DNA of 64,000 nucleotides, from the NCBI GenBank assembly GCA_046563655.1, contig CM102283.1, forward strand, positions 3,782,001 through 3,846,000, read 5' to 3'. Origin of the DNA: Yuukianura sp. NJ FZ-2021 (lineage: Eukaryota). Both the position numbers and the translations under genes were made by a program. The notes beneath the pieces were generated by a model. That model made no database searches. It was not told where the DNA came from and worked only from the letters and a program-made list of their open reading frames with translations. Shown one piece after another: positions 1 through 13,232 of the stretch; within the stretch, counting starts at the first letter, position 1, and the number at the start of each line of letters is the position of its first letter.

Positions 1-1058
1 AAAAATCTAAAAGCTTTCTCTCGTTTTCTCTCGCTCCAAAAAGAGAGAAAACTTTTCTCTTTTTAACTTTGATCAATTTTGACCAATATTTTTTGAAATG
101 ACAGAAGGTTGATGACAATTGAACCAAAAATTAAACTTTTTTGTGATGATGATAATGAAACTTTGTTTTCAGCGCATGACTTGCTACGTAATTTGGGCAA
201 AGTGGAAATTCATGTCATCATCATCTTTCTTCAACGGTTGAGAAGTGGAAGTTGATTTTCATAATTTCAAGTCATCGGAGCCTCATGAAGGCTTTTAGTA
301 TCATTAGCTTATGCTTTTACTTGATCATTTTGTTCCAAATTTTGAAAAAAATTTAGTCAAAGAATGCCGAGAAACTAGAACTAACGACGTCATTCCTGAG
401 CAGGAGCAGGAGGATTTACTAAAAAAAATTTGTTGGTCAAGCAACTTTTTTTTTGCTGAGTCAAGGCCGATTGGAGCTTGTTTTGATTAAAACTCAAAAT
501 TTCGAATTTTAGATTTCAAAGAAGCGATGACGCATAAAAATTTTGGCGGCGAAAGATTATCTTCTAACAAGAAAAACAGCGTTTGCAATCAGGCTTGCTC
601 CATTTTTGCATGAACTTTGATCTAAAAAAAAACAAGTTTTCAAAAAAATATGTTTGCTCAAAGGATGAATTTCAATTTGGAAAAGAACCTACAGGCTTCC
701 CACGCTCCGTCTTCTATGACGTCCCAATTTCAAAAAAGTTTTCTAGTTTGAGTTTGTTAGAATTTGAAATTTGCATCGTAATATGAGATGAAATTCAATT
801 GAAAATGGATTTTCCTAACACTGTCTGTCTGTCCAGGAAGTTCCTGTGATCCTAATACCCGCCATCCAAACTTTCTCACAGGAAAACAAACAAGCCGCTT
901 TCACTTTCCTGTCCAAACCTAACTGGAAGTTTCGAGGGAAAAGGCTTAAAAACACTTCCAAATCAGTCGGCAGTAGACTGGCGGGAAATTTCAAATTTTA
1001 AGTCAACCAGAAACTCATTCGCATGCCCAGGTATTCAATCTTTATCTCTTTATGGCCC

Positions 1059-1350
1059 AATAGTTACTCCCTCCACTACTCCTAATTCAGTGTCACAATA
1101 GTTACTTCTTCCACTATCTTGGATTTCTTCGTTTCGAAAGATAGTTACTCCCTCCACTACCACATTTCCAAAATAGTTACTCCCGCCAATACCTTAGTTT
1201 TGAGAATAAGTTACTTCCTTCCTCTAATACTTCTCGTTTTGAAAATAGTTACTTCCGCCACTACTCCTAGATCTCTTCGATTTGAAAATATTTGTTCCCT
1301 TCACTGCTTGTCGATTTGAAAACAGAGATAGTTACTCCCTCCATTACTCC
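1059..1350 (+). repeat. Array of about 7 ATAGTTACTCCCTCC-like motifs, probably DNA-transposon/MITE subterminal repeats
   Basis: Motif recurs near 1060, 1098, 1141, 1173, 1207, 1245 and 1328. Inverted copies (GGAGGGAGTAACTA-like) occur near 1754, 2682, 3061, 3096, 11717 and 39842. Confidence 0.6.
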
Positions 1351-3682
1351 TGTCTTCATTTTGACATTAGGGAATCTTCTGGGCGTTCTTATTTTGATTT
1401 ATGGCTTTGACCTAACTTTGACCTCACAATTCGACAGGAGTCCATTACGATTGCATTGTCCTTCCACTTGAACAAATCCACCCTCCACCGCATCTCTACT
1501 CAACTGTAGTTCAAAAGTGGTCCACCACAAATGAAACGACGTCAGTCACTCTAGTCTTTGGAACAATGAAACTCTAAAACCAAAATACTCTTGGTTTTGT
1601 GTTAAAACGCAACAAAAACTAACTTTTTGTTAACCTAGCCTAACGTCTAATGGTTCAGGAAGAGCGGGAAGATGTGAACAGAACAAAGGAAATGATGAGA
1701 TGAAAGGTTTATATTCAGCTGGGAAAAGTCGATGTTTTTGTTTAAATTTTTATGGAGGGAGTAACTAACACTGAGATTTTTTTCCAAGTGGAGCTTTTGA
1801 ACAACCTCCATTGTCTGTTTGAACAAATTCTGTTTGAACAAAATCTCTTCCTATTGTAACTTTTTTGTAAAGCATGAGCGAAAAAGTAAACAGAATTTTA
1901 TGTCTCTATTCAGTACGTTTCAGATTTTTCAAAAAGATTTCTGGACAGAGGTTATCTCTCGTCGTCAGAATAAAGTAGTAAGCTGTTTTCAAAAAAGCGG
2001 GAGATTTTGAAAAAGGAGTAAACCTGTCATGGGTCCTCGCTTTGACATTTTGAAAAAAAAAGAAGAGAGAATGAGCTTTATGTGTATTTTTCTCATTCAT
2101 GTGAGTAGCATTTTGGGCGGACAGATTTTTTGACTTTGTCCGTGCCAAAGAGAAAGTTCACAAAAACTTTCTCTTTTTTCGTTCATATTTTATTGTAGGG
2201 CTGTATCACTTTCCCCCGTTCTGGTGTTGGGTCCAAGATCAACTATTTTCCTATCTCCCATTTCCACGCATTTCCTCATTTCTCCATTTCACAGCATTTC
2301 CGCATTTCCATTTCCCCTTTGGGGAAATGAACCACACCAGAAATCGATAAAATCTCTTACATTCTCCTCCAGACAAGAAAAAACGAAAGGAGAAAGAGAG
2401 AAAAAAGAGAAATTTTCTCTTCACTTTCCTTCAAAATGTTTTTGGAAGTGTGAAAATTCTCATTTTCCAATTTTTGAAATCCTACACTCCTCATGTCAAT
2501 TTTTAAACCTTTTTCAAATTATGGTTTTTCAACTTTTCAAAAACTTCAAAAAACTCTGAAAACTTCATTTTTGTACAAATTGAATTAAATTCATCTCAAA
2601 ATTCAAAAAAGAAATGAAGCATGAAAGTTACCACGATGGTGAAGGGAGAAATTAGGGAAACTTGAAGCTGAGAAAGTTTTGGCGGGAGTAACTAATTGGT
2701 TTCCGGAGCAGTTCCATATTTTCTTCATTTTCTTAAGAAACTATGGTGGTTTATAAAGTTATAATAAAAGTGGAGAACCCACTTTGTAGCATCTGCTTCT
2801 CATTTCTTCCACTTCCAAAAGTCATTTGTATTAACAACTTTCCAACTTTGTTTTAAATTTTCATTTTCAAAAGGACTTTGAGTGTAAAGATGTTAATTTA
2901 ATCAAGAGCGGAACAAAACTCTTCAAAAGTGGAGCAGAATGGAGCAAAAGAGCGTTGGATTTTATTAAATCCATTGTCCTTAATTTCAAGTTATGAAAAT
3001 GGCTGGCAGAAAGCTATAAATCAACCGAAGGAACTTAATAACAATAAGAATTTAGATTTTGGAGGGAGTAACTATCTGGATGGAATCTGGATTTTGGAGG
3101 GAGTAACTATGTGGATGGACGCAATTGAGAATTAAGGGTCCCCTTAAGGGGCCCTTCGTCGGTGTTCTCGCTTTAATGAAAATGTGCTTTGTTAGGAAGA
3201 TCAAAGAAATATGGAGTTGCTCAAGGGCTACGAGGGGAAGGTGAGCTAGGTTGAACATTAGGTTTTTGTTAGGTTATGGAGATGTTAGGTTTAGTGAGTT
3301 TCAGATTTAGGATTCAATATTCTAGCCTTTGAAAAGCCGGGTGACCTTTGACCCTCTGCAGAGTAGACTCCCTGCCAAGTATTTGTTTAATGACAAAGCC
3401 CATTCTTGTGGTTTTTGTTGACATGCGCAGGAGATTCTAATAAATTTAGAATGGAAGCAGATGTGGACAATTGGGGAAAGTGGCGTGTGTGGCCAATATT
3501 TTTGGACATGCTAAAAGTCATGCAAGCTGAGACTCCACTGCACCACATGAGCGGCATCGTGCCAGAAGTGGAGCTACTTAACCTTGGACAGGACATAAAC
3601 TACGTCCCGTGACAGAGAATCGATGAATTATTGGTGGACTTTGTCAAAATGCCCATTCAATTATTAAACAAGCCAAAAAAAA

Positions 3683-4016
3683 ATTTATGCGCCTTGGGGG
3701 CGAAATTCCGAGGAAAAAAAGAAAGAAAAACGTCAGAGTTTTGTAAATGAAAGCCATAAGCGACAGGAAAATTTCTACGCGCCTTGGGGGCGAATTTTCG
3801 GACAAAAAACTAAGAACTTCAGAGATTTGTACTGAATCAAGCCAAAGGGAAAAAAGGCGACAGGGAAATTTTTACGCGCCTTGGGGGCGAAATTCCGGAC
3901 AGAAAAGAAAAGAAGAACTTCAGTGTATTGTAATAAAGGCAAAGAGAGAAAAAACTAAAGATGAATTCTTTTGCGCCTTGAGGGAAAAAAAAATTCTTTC
4001 GCGCCTTAGGCGCGAG
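3683..4016. repeat. Degenerate tandem repeat (about 90-100 bp period) with a GCGCCTTGGGGGCGAA core
   Basis: Core seen near 3689, 3779 and 3876, with degenerate copies near 3973 and 4001, separated by A-rich spacers. Confidence 0.7.
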
Positions 4017-4040
4017 TAGCTTTAAAAACGATTTACTTAC

Positions 4041-6615
4041 GAGTTTTGGTGTAAGGGATGCCCCATTCGATAGATTTTTGATGCGGTGTCCATCCAGTAG
4101 GCAAAGTGATGAGAGTGGGGAGGCCCTTGGCCATTAAGGGCCCATATCCCCAGTTGTCCATTTCATTTATATCGTAACTCAGCACACTTTCAATCCGCCC
4201 TTTTTCCTGTAAGTGCTCCGGGACCTTGTCGTAAGGGTCCATGGGTACTTGGTTGTCATCATGGACCAGCCCTCCAGGCAAATGGTCATGTTCATCTTCC
4301 ATGTCATACTTTGACCTGGGGAGGTCAAAGGTCAAGTGCCCCTGTGTCAGTATGACCTCTTCTTCAATGAATCCTCTCTCCCGGGTGAATTCTATGTCGT
4401 AGAGTTCGTATCGCTCTGGTTCGATTTCCTTGAGGACTAAGGCCTCCATGAGGGACTGAGGGGTGGGGGCCCTTGGGAGGATGACTGCCCCTTGACCTTG
4501 ACCTAGCTTGGGATCCAAGTAGCCAATCATGGATCGGTTGGAGTCGGTTGCTAGGAAACGAGGTGGTTTGTCTGAGAAGGCGATGGCTCCTGTTGGTGGG
4601 AGATTGGGAGTGGTCCAAGGGACCCACAGGAGTCGAGCGGCACTGGAGGTCAGTGTTTGGTACTTGGCAGAAGAGGTCACAGGGGTCACGTCGTCAGGAG
4701 GATTCACTCTGCACAGATCTTTAGTAGGAGACAGCAGTCCCACTTCAGGCAATCCTGAAAAAATTAAATTTGAACTTTTGACAACCAAAGCATCACAATT
4801 TTTGAAAGATAGAAAGGAGAATTAAATTTTCGAAAACCAAAACATGACAATGAAATTTTTGAAAGCCAAAAATTTCAATTAAATTTTTCAAAAACAAAGA
4901 ACAGTGACATGGAAATTTTAAAGTTGGGTGCGTCAAGTCGACGGAATGAAAAAATAAGTGCCTGCGGTTAACTATTGTTTTTTTTTAATTTACGGTATTG
5001 TTACTGTCATCGGAGTAGGAGTAGCAAATAGCGCGTTTTTTTGTGAACGACGTGATTTTTATGATTCGTGACTTAAATTTCGTCACATTTTCAAATATAT
5101 GCTTTAGCGTGTTTACGATTGACATCAACGATGACTTTTTGTGGATTTGAGCTTTTTGTGAATTTTGAACTTTTGTGTGTCATCGTACTTGTAAAAAGTG
5201 GAGACTAAAAAATAAGACTGCAAAGTAGTGTTAATGGATATAAAATATGATTATGTCATCGCCTGACATTGACATTGGAGTGGAAGCTAAAGAGGTCACG
5301 ACCTCAATGCCACAACTCATAACTTATGCACTAACTTTTCTAAACTAAAATTTTCCATTTGTCTTTCAAACAGCCATTTATACATTTTTGAAAATTTAAA
5401 ACTGAGCTTTTTAGTGATTCACGGAAAATCGTAAAAATTAATGGTAAACACAACACTAAAAATTACAGACGCAATTACTTTAAATAGATCCATAAAAATG
5501 AATTTTAGTGCTTTTAAATGAAGACGCAACGAATCAGAACTTTCTTTGAAAATGGAAATTTTTTGAAAGAAAATGTTGATTTAGGTGTGATTTAGTAGTG
5601 ACATTAAATATTAGAGTTTGAGGAAAAACAGAAGTTTGAACTTTTTGAACTGAAACCAGTTTGGATTTCTTTCAAATTACGTCAAAAAAGTCAAAATATT
5701 TCTCATAATTGTTTCTTGGAAGGAAAATTTTTGAAACTGTCTTTTAGGTAGGAAAATGAAAAAAAAAATGACAGTTTTTAGAAACAACATTTTATAGTTG
5801 GGTGACATCCCACCTAAGAATTTACGACTGTGGCATGTCATGTCTTTCCGACATTTCAAAAAAAATTCTTGCAATTTAGTACTTCGTGCGAATTCAAAAA
5901 ATTTCAAAATGAATTTCTGCATAGTATACGAATGACAGAATGTCAAAATTTTCTTTCTACAAAAAAAATTGTAAAAAACAAATATTCTGACAGAAACACA
6001 ACAAAAAACACTTTTTCCTAGTTTTTCAAAAGACAAAAAAATGGTAAACAAGTTTAAAATGATGAACTTTACGGTTGAGAAGTTAGTAAAATTTCATGTG
6101 AAGGTCTGACATGCGTAATTGTTGTTGTAACATTTTGCAACAACGTTACGTAAGCACTTTAAACGCACTAAAAACAGAATAATTATTGCAATTTGTAAAA
6201 ACAACCAACACTCAAACACAATTTCACAAAAAAATTCAAAAAAGTGTATGAGTTACATAAACTGGAAAGTCTACTCAAAATTTTGGTAAAATTAAATTTC
6301 GAACTTACCCATATGAATGAACCTGCAAATTGTGGGACTTTGACCTTGACCTCCCAAGGTCACGGACTCTTTTCCAGAAGATTCTCGCATCCAGCGCATA
6401 GTGCTTGAGGTGACCAGTTGCCCAAATGAGTTGGAGTTGACCAAAACAGGGTCATTGGCCTCTGCTGACCTCAAGGTCAACAACACAAAGGTCACCAAGG
6501 TCACCAGTCCATGTTTCCTCCGTACTTTCAAGTATCTGTCACCACCTTCACACTTTCGCCCACTTTTGTCCAGTTTCTGCCTCGATTCCATTCGCACACT
6601 GTCCGTCGTTTCCAT
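4041..6615 (-). CDS. uzip: Unzipped-like cell-adhesion/secreted protein, 5' part only. Exons 6615-6309 and 4754-4041; further 3' exons not located, possibly outside the window.
   Basis: Hydrophobic signal-like stretch followed by FGQLVTSSTMRW. Second exon has LLWVPW..GAI, LVLKEIEPERYELYDIEF, IESVLSYD..WG..AKGLPT and IEWG, collinear with Drosophila Unzipped as I recall it. GT-AG junction 6308/4755 joins in phase 1; next donor at 4040. Confidence 0.75.
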
Positions 6616-8138
6616 TTTTCTGCCAAAAACGTTTTCAAACTAAACCTTTTCTTCAAACGTTTTTAAAACGTTTTATATTTCAAACGTTTCCAAACGTTTT
6701 TGTCAATTTCTCTAACACTTTCCAAACGTTTTCAAATCCTATGAACTTTGAACACCTTTCCCACACCTTTCACTTCCGGTTTTCACTGGATCAAAAATTG
6801 AAATCAAAATTTCAAAATTTGGAAACTTGTGCTACTGTTTTGAAAATTTAGCAGTTGCTCACTACTCGAGAGTGTTGTGTTGAATGAGTCAAAATGTGCG
6901 TGTGGCTGCAGGAGTAGAGAAGAGTGATGATGACGGAACAAAAGTTTTTTTTTGTCGAACGGCGTCGAATCCAAAAATATCGGAATGTCTTTCAAAAAAC
7001 GACAAAAAGAGTAAGAAAGTGATGGAGACAGAGACGATGATGATTCGATGATGATGATGATGATGATGAAGGTGTTACTCAGCCGATGACTTACTCACAA
7101 CTGAAGAGTGACCTCATCCAAACTTCTTTTTTTCTTCAAAGATCGTCACTTCGTCACGATTTTCCTTGGAAATTGAGAGATGATGAGAGTTAAGTTGTGA
7201 ATCTTTCAGGTTGTAAAGTTGTGAAAAGTTTTTTTTTTGTTGAAAGTGGAAAACTGGACAAGTCTGGAACAATTTAGAGAACAAATATATTAGTTAGTAT
7301 CAAGAGCTCTTTCAAAAACAGACACTAAACTGACCTTGCAATGAAATTGACTCTTTCTTCTTCACTTGACTTATGAAAAAGCAGATTAAGCTTGAGATAA
7401 ATTTCAAGTCTGAAAAAATTTTGAAAAAAAAAATTGAAAAAGGCACTTTCTTTTCCGTTTTCTGAAAAATTTCCGTGCGTGGGAGGTCACCAGGGGCATA
7501 GCTAAAAAAATCGTTTTTTTCCTCCGTTTTTTTTTCCTGTTTTCTATGTTTTTTCTACTTTGTGCTCTTTTTTTTAAGTTGGAAGTTGACTAAAAACAGA
7601 TTGGCGTGTAGAAAATTAAATTGAAACTTTATTTTTTGAAAAGAGGAAGCTTTGTGTGGAAAGTGGCCCAGAAGCACTTTGGTCCAATTGGACTTGATGG
7701 TCAAAGTAATTTGTACAGTGACAAGTTGACAACTTTTAAGTTCACACACGGGTCAAATCCGTGTCATGCGCATGCTCTCCTCAATTGGTTAGCAACATTC
7801 TCTTCCGTAACACTTAAATTTAGTTTTGTTTGAACAAATCGGAAGGTGGAAGGTGGGTTTGTTTGAACAAATAAGTGGCAGAAGGAGTGGTAGGTGTGAA
7901 CCACAAATTGAGTTCACACGACCCCAAAGTGGAATTGCTAAATAATTATAGTTGTACTTCTACGAATACTTTTTGCACCAATTTTCAATTCCAACTTGTG
8001 TATAAATTGGTTCGGAAGAGTTGCAATTTACAAATTCACAATTGGTGTCTAACAAGCGTTGCTTCCTGCATGACGCGCACTTTGCAAGGCCACTTTTTTT
8101 TTAATTCCAATATAAAAAAACAAGTTCTGCAGAGTAAC

Positions 8139-8272
8139 CGGACGCTCATGGACGGCAAATGATGGACGGAAACTCATGGACGGTCAGTCCTAATGGACGA
8201 CTGTTTGGAAGCATTTATGAACAGGTTTATGTCGTCCTTCCGTCCATAACTTCCCGTCCATGAGTGCCCAGG
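8139..8272. mobile_element. Small MITE-like foldback element with ATGGACG subterminal repeats
   Basis: Left arm CTCATGGACGG plus three more ATGGACG copies; right arm CCGTCCATAAC and CCGTCCATGAG in inverted orientation. No clear TSD. Confidence 0.55.
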
Positions 8273-11200
8273 AATGCTAGTAAGTTGGAGTGGACTTTTG
8301 GCTGAGTTGTGAGTTGGCAAGCGGCCCAAAGAGGTCAAGGGTCAAACCAATTTATTTAATAAGGATTTGGAGCTGTTTCTGTCCAGAGAGTGTGTCAATT
8401 GTTACAAATGAGGTCACCCAGTACATCGTCCATGCCAAAATCCTCCCTTAACAGGAGATTCCGATCTGGAGACTGGAATTGACAGTTTGGAGGGACCAAT
8501 TGAATTTAGGGCCAAAATTCATCCGCCTCCAGACTCCAGGAATGATGCAAAAGCGGGCATTTTGGAAAAAGCGGGCATTTGGGCTCCTCTTCTGAAAATC
8601 TAAGAAGTGGAGTAAAATGGAGGACACAAGTAAGAGGATGAGACACGCTCCTGGCAGGGAAGCAATGAGAAAGAACACTTCACGAAATTGCTTTCTTCAC
8701 TTTTTAACGTTAGACCAACATGACCTAACTTTAACTTTAGGCAGCAGCGGCTTCTTAACAAAGTGTAAGTTCGTGCCGAATTGAAACTTTTTCATCTCTC
8801 TCGTTGGAATCTACTCTTGAAACTCTCCGATTCCGACGAACAGTCAATCGCTTTTGAAGATCGGATCTCCAAAGGTTTCGTTTTTTCCTAAGGACAAGGA
8901 GATTTCTGATTTGATTTGAGCCCTCTCTGAGCAACTAACATTTCAAAGTACCTTCATTTCAAAACTTTGTTCGAAATGTTAGTTTGAAATGTCCCGCCAA
9001 AAGACTCCTGCAGTCTAATCCAGTTTGCTAATGAGATCAACTTGCTCTTCAAACTGTCTCCACTTCAACCGAACACGAAGAAAAAACAATTGTTTTACAT
9101 ACCGCTCTTATGTTGGGCTCTGCAGGGTTGAAAATTTTTCTTACTGAGGATATCCTCAAATCCTGAGGACTACTTCACTAAATCAATGTACGAAAACTAA
9201 GAATTAACAAAAACTAAATAAACTGAAAACGTTTTTTTTCCGATTTCAAAATGATTTTGAACTCAAAATGATTTTAAACTCAAAATGATGACAAGTATTA
9301 AAGTTGCAACTAGAATCTGAGGATCTCCTCAAAACGTAAGGGCTACTCAACTGTGAGAATATGTTAAAAATATCATTTTTGATTATGATTGAATGTTGTT
9401 ACATTGAAGAAATTTTTTTTTTCATAAAAAATTGAAAGTGTGTTTTTTTAAATAAATATGGAATTTGAGGATATCCTCATCTGCATTTTTCTAAACCTGT
9501 ATTGACTAATAAGCTGAAAAGTAGTCGAACAACTTTCGTGAGGATTTGCCCGTAATAAAATGACAATGGAGAACAACAATTTTCGCAGGAAAGGCATGGA
9601 GGGTGGGAATGCTTCAAAAAATTGCAACTATTTTTCATTGTTGCTTTTTTGCATTAACCTTCAGCCCACATAGTTATATCATGTCTACTCATTACACGAT
9701 TTAAGGAGGCGGTATGCACAAAACCAGTAATTTCCACAATATTATGTAATCCTCCACTTCAACTTAAGGTTTATCATCAGTTTCAAACTGAAGGAAAAAA
9801 AGTTGCAAAACTTAAACTAAAACTTTAGTTTTTGGTTGGACTATCCTTGGGTAAACAATTATTCCAATTCCCAGGCACCATGCAGAGACTAAAAAGCACA
9901 AATCTACATTTATTTGCACTTTTGCAAAAAATGTGCCTAGAGGCATTGCATGCTGTGCAGAAATGATTCTGAATTTGGAATTGTAGATAGCCTCTGGACA
10001 CGAGAGAAGAAGAGACCGTGACCGTGACATCGTGACATCGTGATACGCCACTCATCAAACCAAATTAAAAGTTCAAATAAGGAAAACTAACTTTTAGATT
10101 CTTAATTTAGAAAGCACACAGTTGCATTCAGAACAAAAAAAAACAGTAAAAAAAAAAGAAAACCAATGAAAAAATTGTAGAAAACCTTGCTGCTACTTCT
10201 TGCCAGTCTAATTTTGAATTTGAAAAATTTTTAACCAACATTTTTTTTAACATTTTCAAAAACACTTTTTAATGTTGACAATTTATGACGGTGTGTTCGT
10301 GATCTTGAAATTTTCCAAGGCAAAAGTCATCCCCGCCCACCAATTTCCGACAAAGCCGACGCCACACCAAGCGTAAATTGGTTAATGGCACGGAAGTCTC
10401 AAACCTACGCCACCTTCACGACTTCCACCATTTCAAAATTCAAACAACATTTCAAACAAAAAATTTCAAAAAAACTATTTTCGAGTTCTCTAACTCTCCA
10501 CGTTCAAAAAAGTGTTTTTCTATCCCCTAAAAAGCTCACATTGTCTAATTTTTCACTTGGACAAACGAGGTGAAAGAAAACGACTAATTTCTTTGAAAAA
10601 CTAATGAATTTTCTCCAAAAAATTGAAAAATTTCTGGGAAAAATTGGAGAATTTTTTGACAGAATTGTAAAATTTCTTAGAAAATTGTAAAATTTCTTAC
10701 TTTTACGTCGCCCTCCAAAACTTAGAAGTGAAACAACAAGATTTCCCTTCTCTCTTGAATTGAAGCACTTCAAAAGTGTTTCTTTTGTTCAAAGTGACAA
10801 TGACACTAGAAAAAGAAGCAATGTATCACTTGAAATGTTGAGAAGAAGATGCGTTTTCCTTCCTTTCACTTTGGTTTCCTATTGTTACAGTCCTTGTATT
10901 GTTCAAACCAAGAAAACACTTCCTGCTAACCCAACAATTTCACTCGGAATAAACCTCGTCCTCCCCCGTTTCTCTTAAAACTTCAAAACTCCAACTGAAA
11001 ACAGCACGACTATTTTTTTCCGAAATGCGAAGTGAAACGAACCGTAGCGTGACCAGTTTCCTAAAAAGTCGCAAAAAATGGCAACTTTTGGCAAGGAATT
11101 CTCAAGGTTGCACGAAAACTCAGAAGTTGAAACAAAAAAGAAAAACTTTGTTTGTTTCAGTTGCTTTCTCCTGGAGAACTTTCTACAACTGCTTTCTACT

Positions 11201-12060
11201 TTCTACTTTTTCCAAAATAATTTTTTCAAATGTAAAAAGAACTTTGTAAGCATGGGAATTTCCAGCCCATTTTTCTCTTTTCTCCTCTCACTAGCCTAAC
11301 TTTGATGCAATCCGAGCCTATAATGTTATATGTTAGTCTTTGTTAGATTTATAGTCCATGTTATGTTAGTCTTATAGTCTATAGGTTGTTAGTTGTTAGG
11401 CTAGTTAGGCGCTAGACTAATATAAATTTGGTAGTAGCTGCAGTGTTCTGCTATGTTCTAAACTTGAAAATGTTCTAAGAAATGCGCTTTTGTGTTACTC
11501 TGTTTGGAAAATACCGTAAAATTTCTAATAGAAGCCGTAGCTCCTAGGTATTTTCGGCGTTCCTAGTGTTAGACACCTCGGCGTTTATTGTAAACCGGCC
11601 TTTATTAGAAGTTTTACGGTAGGTTGAAAGTGAAAGAGGGAAGATGCAGTTGAGCAAGGGATTGTATTGATTTTTTCACCCCTCGCAATGGAAGGAATGA
11701 CGTGGAAATGGAAGTTGGAGGGAGTAACTATTTGATGGAGAAGCTGTCTTCCTCTTCCGTCTTCCCTCTGTTGTGGTTGACGCTCGTGGGGAAATTTTTA
11801 GACAAAAAGTAGAAAAAAAATGTGAAAGTGAAGTCTAGCCGGGTTTTGTTTCCCTGTTTGAATCTCCAGCACACAAACACCCGCTGTGACCAATTTAACG
11901 GCAGGTTACACTTCATCCGCACCCAAAAATACACACAGAAAAGACGCTTTTTCTAAATGTTTTTCCTTCATAGTCTAAAATGCTTTTAGTTCAACTGATA
12001 GCGATCCGTCCACAAGTACAACGCAAAAAGCTTCCTCCTCAAATGAGCAGGAAGCTTTGT

Positions 12061-12074
12061 GTTTCCATGGCAAC
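12061..12074. promoter_or_regulatory. RFX X-box consensus match with no obvious adjacent target gene
   Basis: GTTTCCATGGCAAC matches the canonical 14-bp X-box. Confidence 0.4.
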
Positions 12075-12758
12075 GAATCCACATCCGGATAACATCAACC
12101 TAATCCTAAACTTCCTGGAATGAAGCCTATCAAGGGAGCTTTTTACATAAACTGTCCTCTGGATTTCAAAACTTCAAAACTTTCACTTTTTAATTTTCCT
12201 CTTCCATGAATTTGAGCACGGATGGAAATTATGGTGGTTTTGAAAATTAAAATTTAGTTGATAGCTACTTTTCAAGAATTTGAAAATATTTTGGAACTGG
12301 CGGTTTTGGAGACATGGACGCTTCTCAAATTTCGTACCGGAAAATTTGTTTGTCCAGTTTTTAGTTTCTTTAAAAGTTGCCCAAAAATGAGCAAATAAAA
12401 ACAGCGCCACAAAAACTCTAAAAAAAACTAGAAAAATAAGTTTTCTAGAAAAAAAAATTTTTTTAGACCGGACGTTTTTTGTTTTCCAAAAACACATTTG
12501 GTGAGCCGCAAGTTGAGTCATTTGTCAGTTGAGCGTCGTGTGTCACTAGAAGTTCAGATTTCAATCAATGCAAACCTTGCAACTTCAAATATTCAAAAAA
12601 AAGTGCGGCAATCGACTAACGTTGAAACGAGCCTAATTCATCGCCATTTTACTTCAAACTAAAACTAAAACTAGTACTAGAAGACTAAAATTCTGTGACT
12701 AAAAGTAGTACTAGAATTGTAGTACCTGAGACTAAAAGTCTTTGACACTCTAAACCTT

Positions 12759-13232
12759 TGTCATGAAATGACCGTTTCAGCCAGCTACTCCAATTTCACA
12801 ACACAACATTTAAATATTCAAATCTTCTAATTAGCTTCCTTTTGTCTTTTGTAAAAATGTAAGCTTGGGCCCATAACGGACCCAAACCAGATCAAACTAG
12901 TTCGTCTCCTTTGTCTCCTTAAAATAGATTTTTATGTAAAACTGGAGTAAGACAAAGCTAGATCTTACTCCAGTGGTTTCCGGTCTGGGCCCTATAAAAG
13001 GACCCAGTGCCGTCTGTACAATCAATCATTCAACTTCTTGCCTCTGCTCCGCTTGGAACAGAGTGACCTTTACTACTCGCCAGTTTGACCTCTGCGAGGT
13101 CAAACTGCGCCTTTCACTTTCATTTTTGAAAATAAAAAGTTCATTGAACTTTAGACTCCGCAACAAGCGGACAACCAAAACTTGTAGTGTGTCTCTGTTT
13201 CTTTTAGGCCTAGAAGGCCTTATTTCACTACA
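12759..13232 (+). repeat. 5' LTR
   Basis: TGTCATG...CACTACA; contains TATAAAA near 12993 and AATAAA near 13131. Confidence 0.92.

Noticed and set aside
3387-3612. Short ORFs as the next unzipped exon
   Set aside because: No resemblance to the expected continuation and no suitable in-phase acceptor found.
3683-4016. Repeat-spacer pattern superficially like a CRISPR array
   Set aside because: Eukaryotic context, degenerate repeats, spacers similar to each other, and no cas genes.
9145-9550. Recurring TGAGGATATCCTC palindromes
   Set aside because: Only 3-4 scattered degenerate copies with no definable boundaries; probably a decayed repeat.
583-12521. Numerous 60-120 aa F/K/L-rich ORFs in the track
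   Set aside because: Composition reflects poly-A/T non-coding DNA; no splice or homology support, apart from the unzipped exons.
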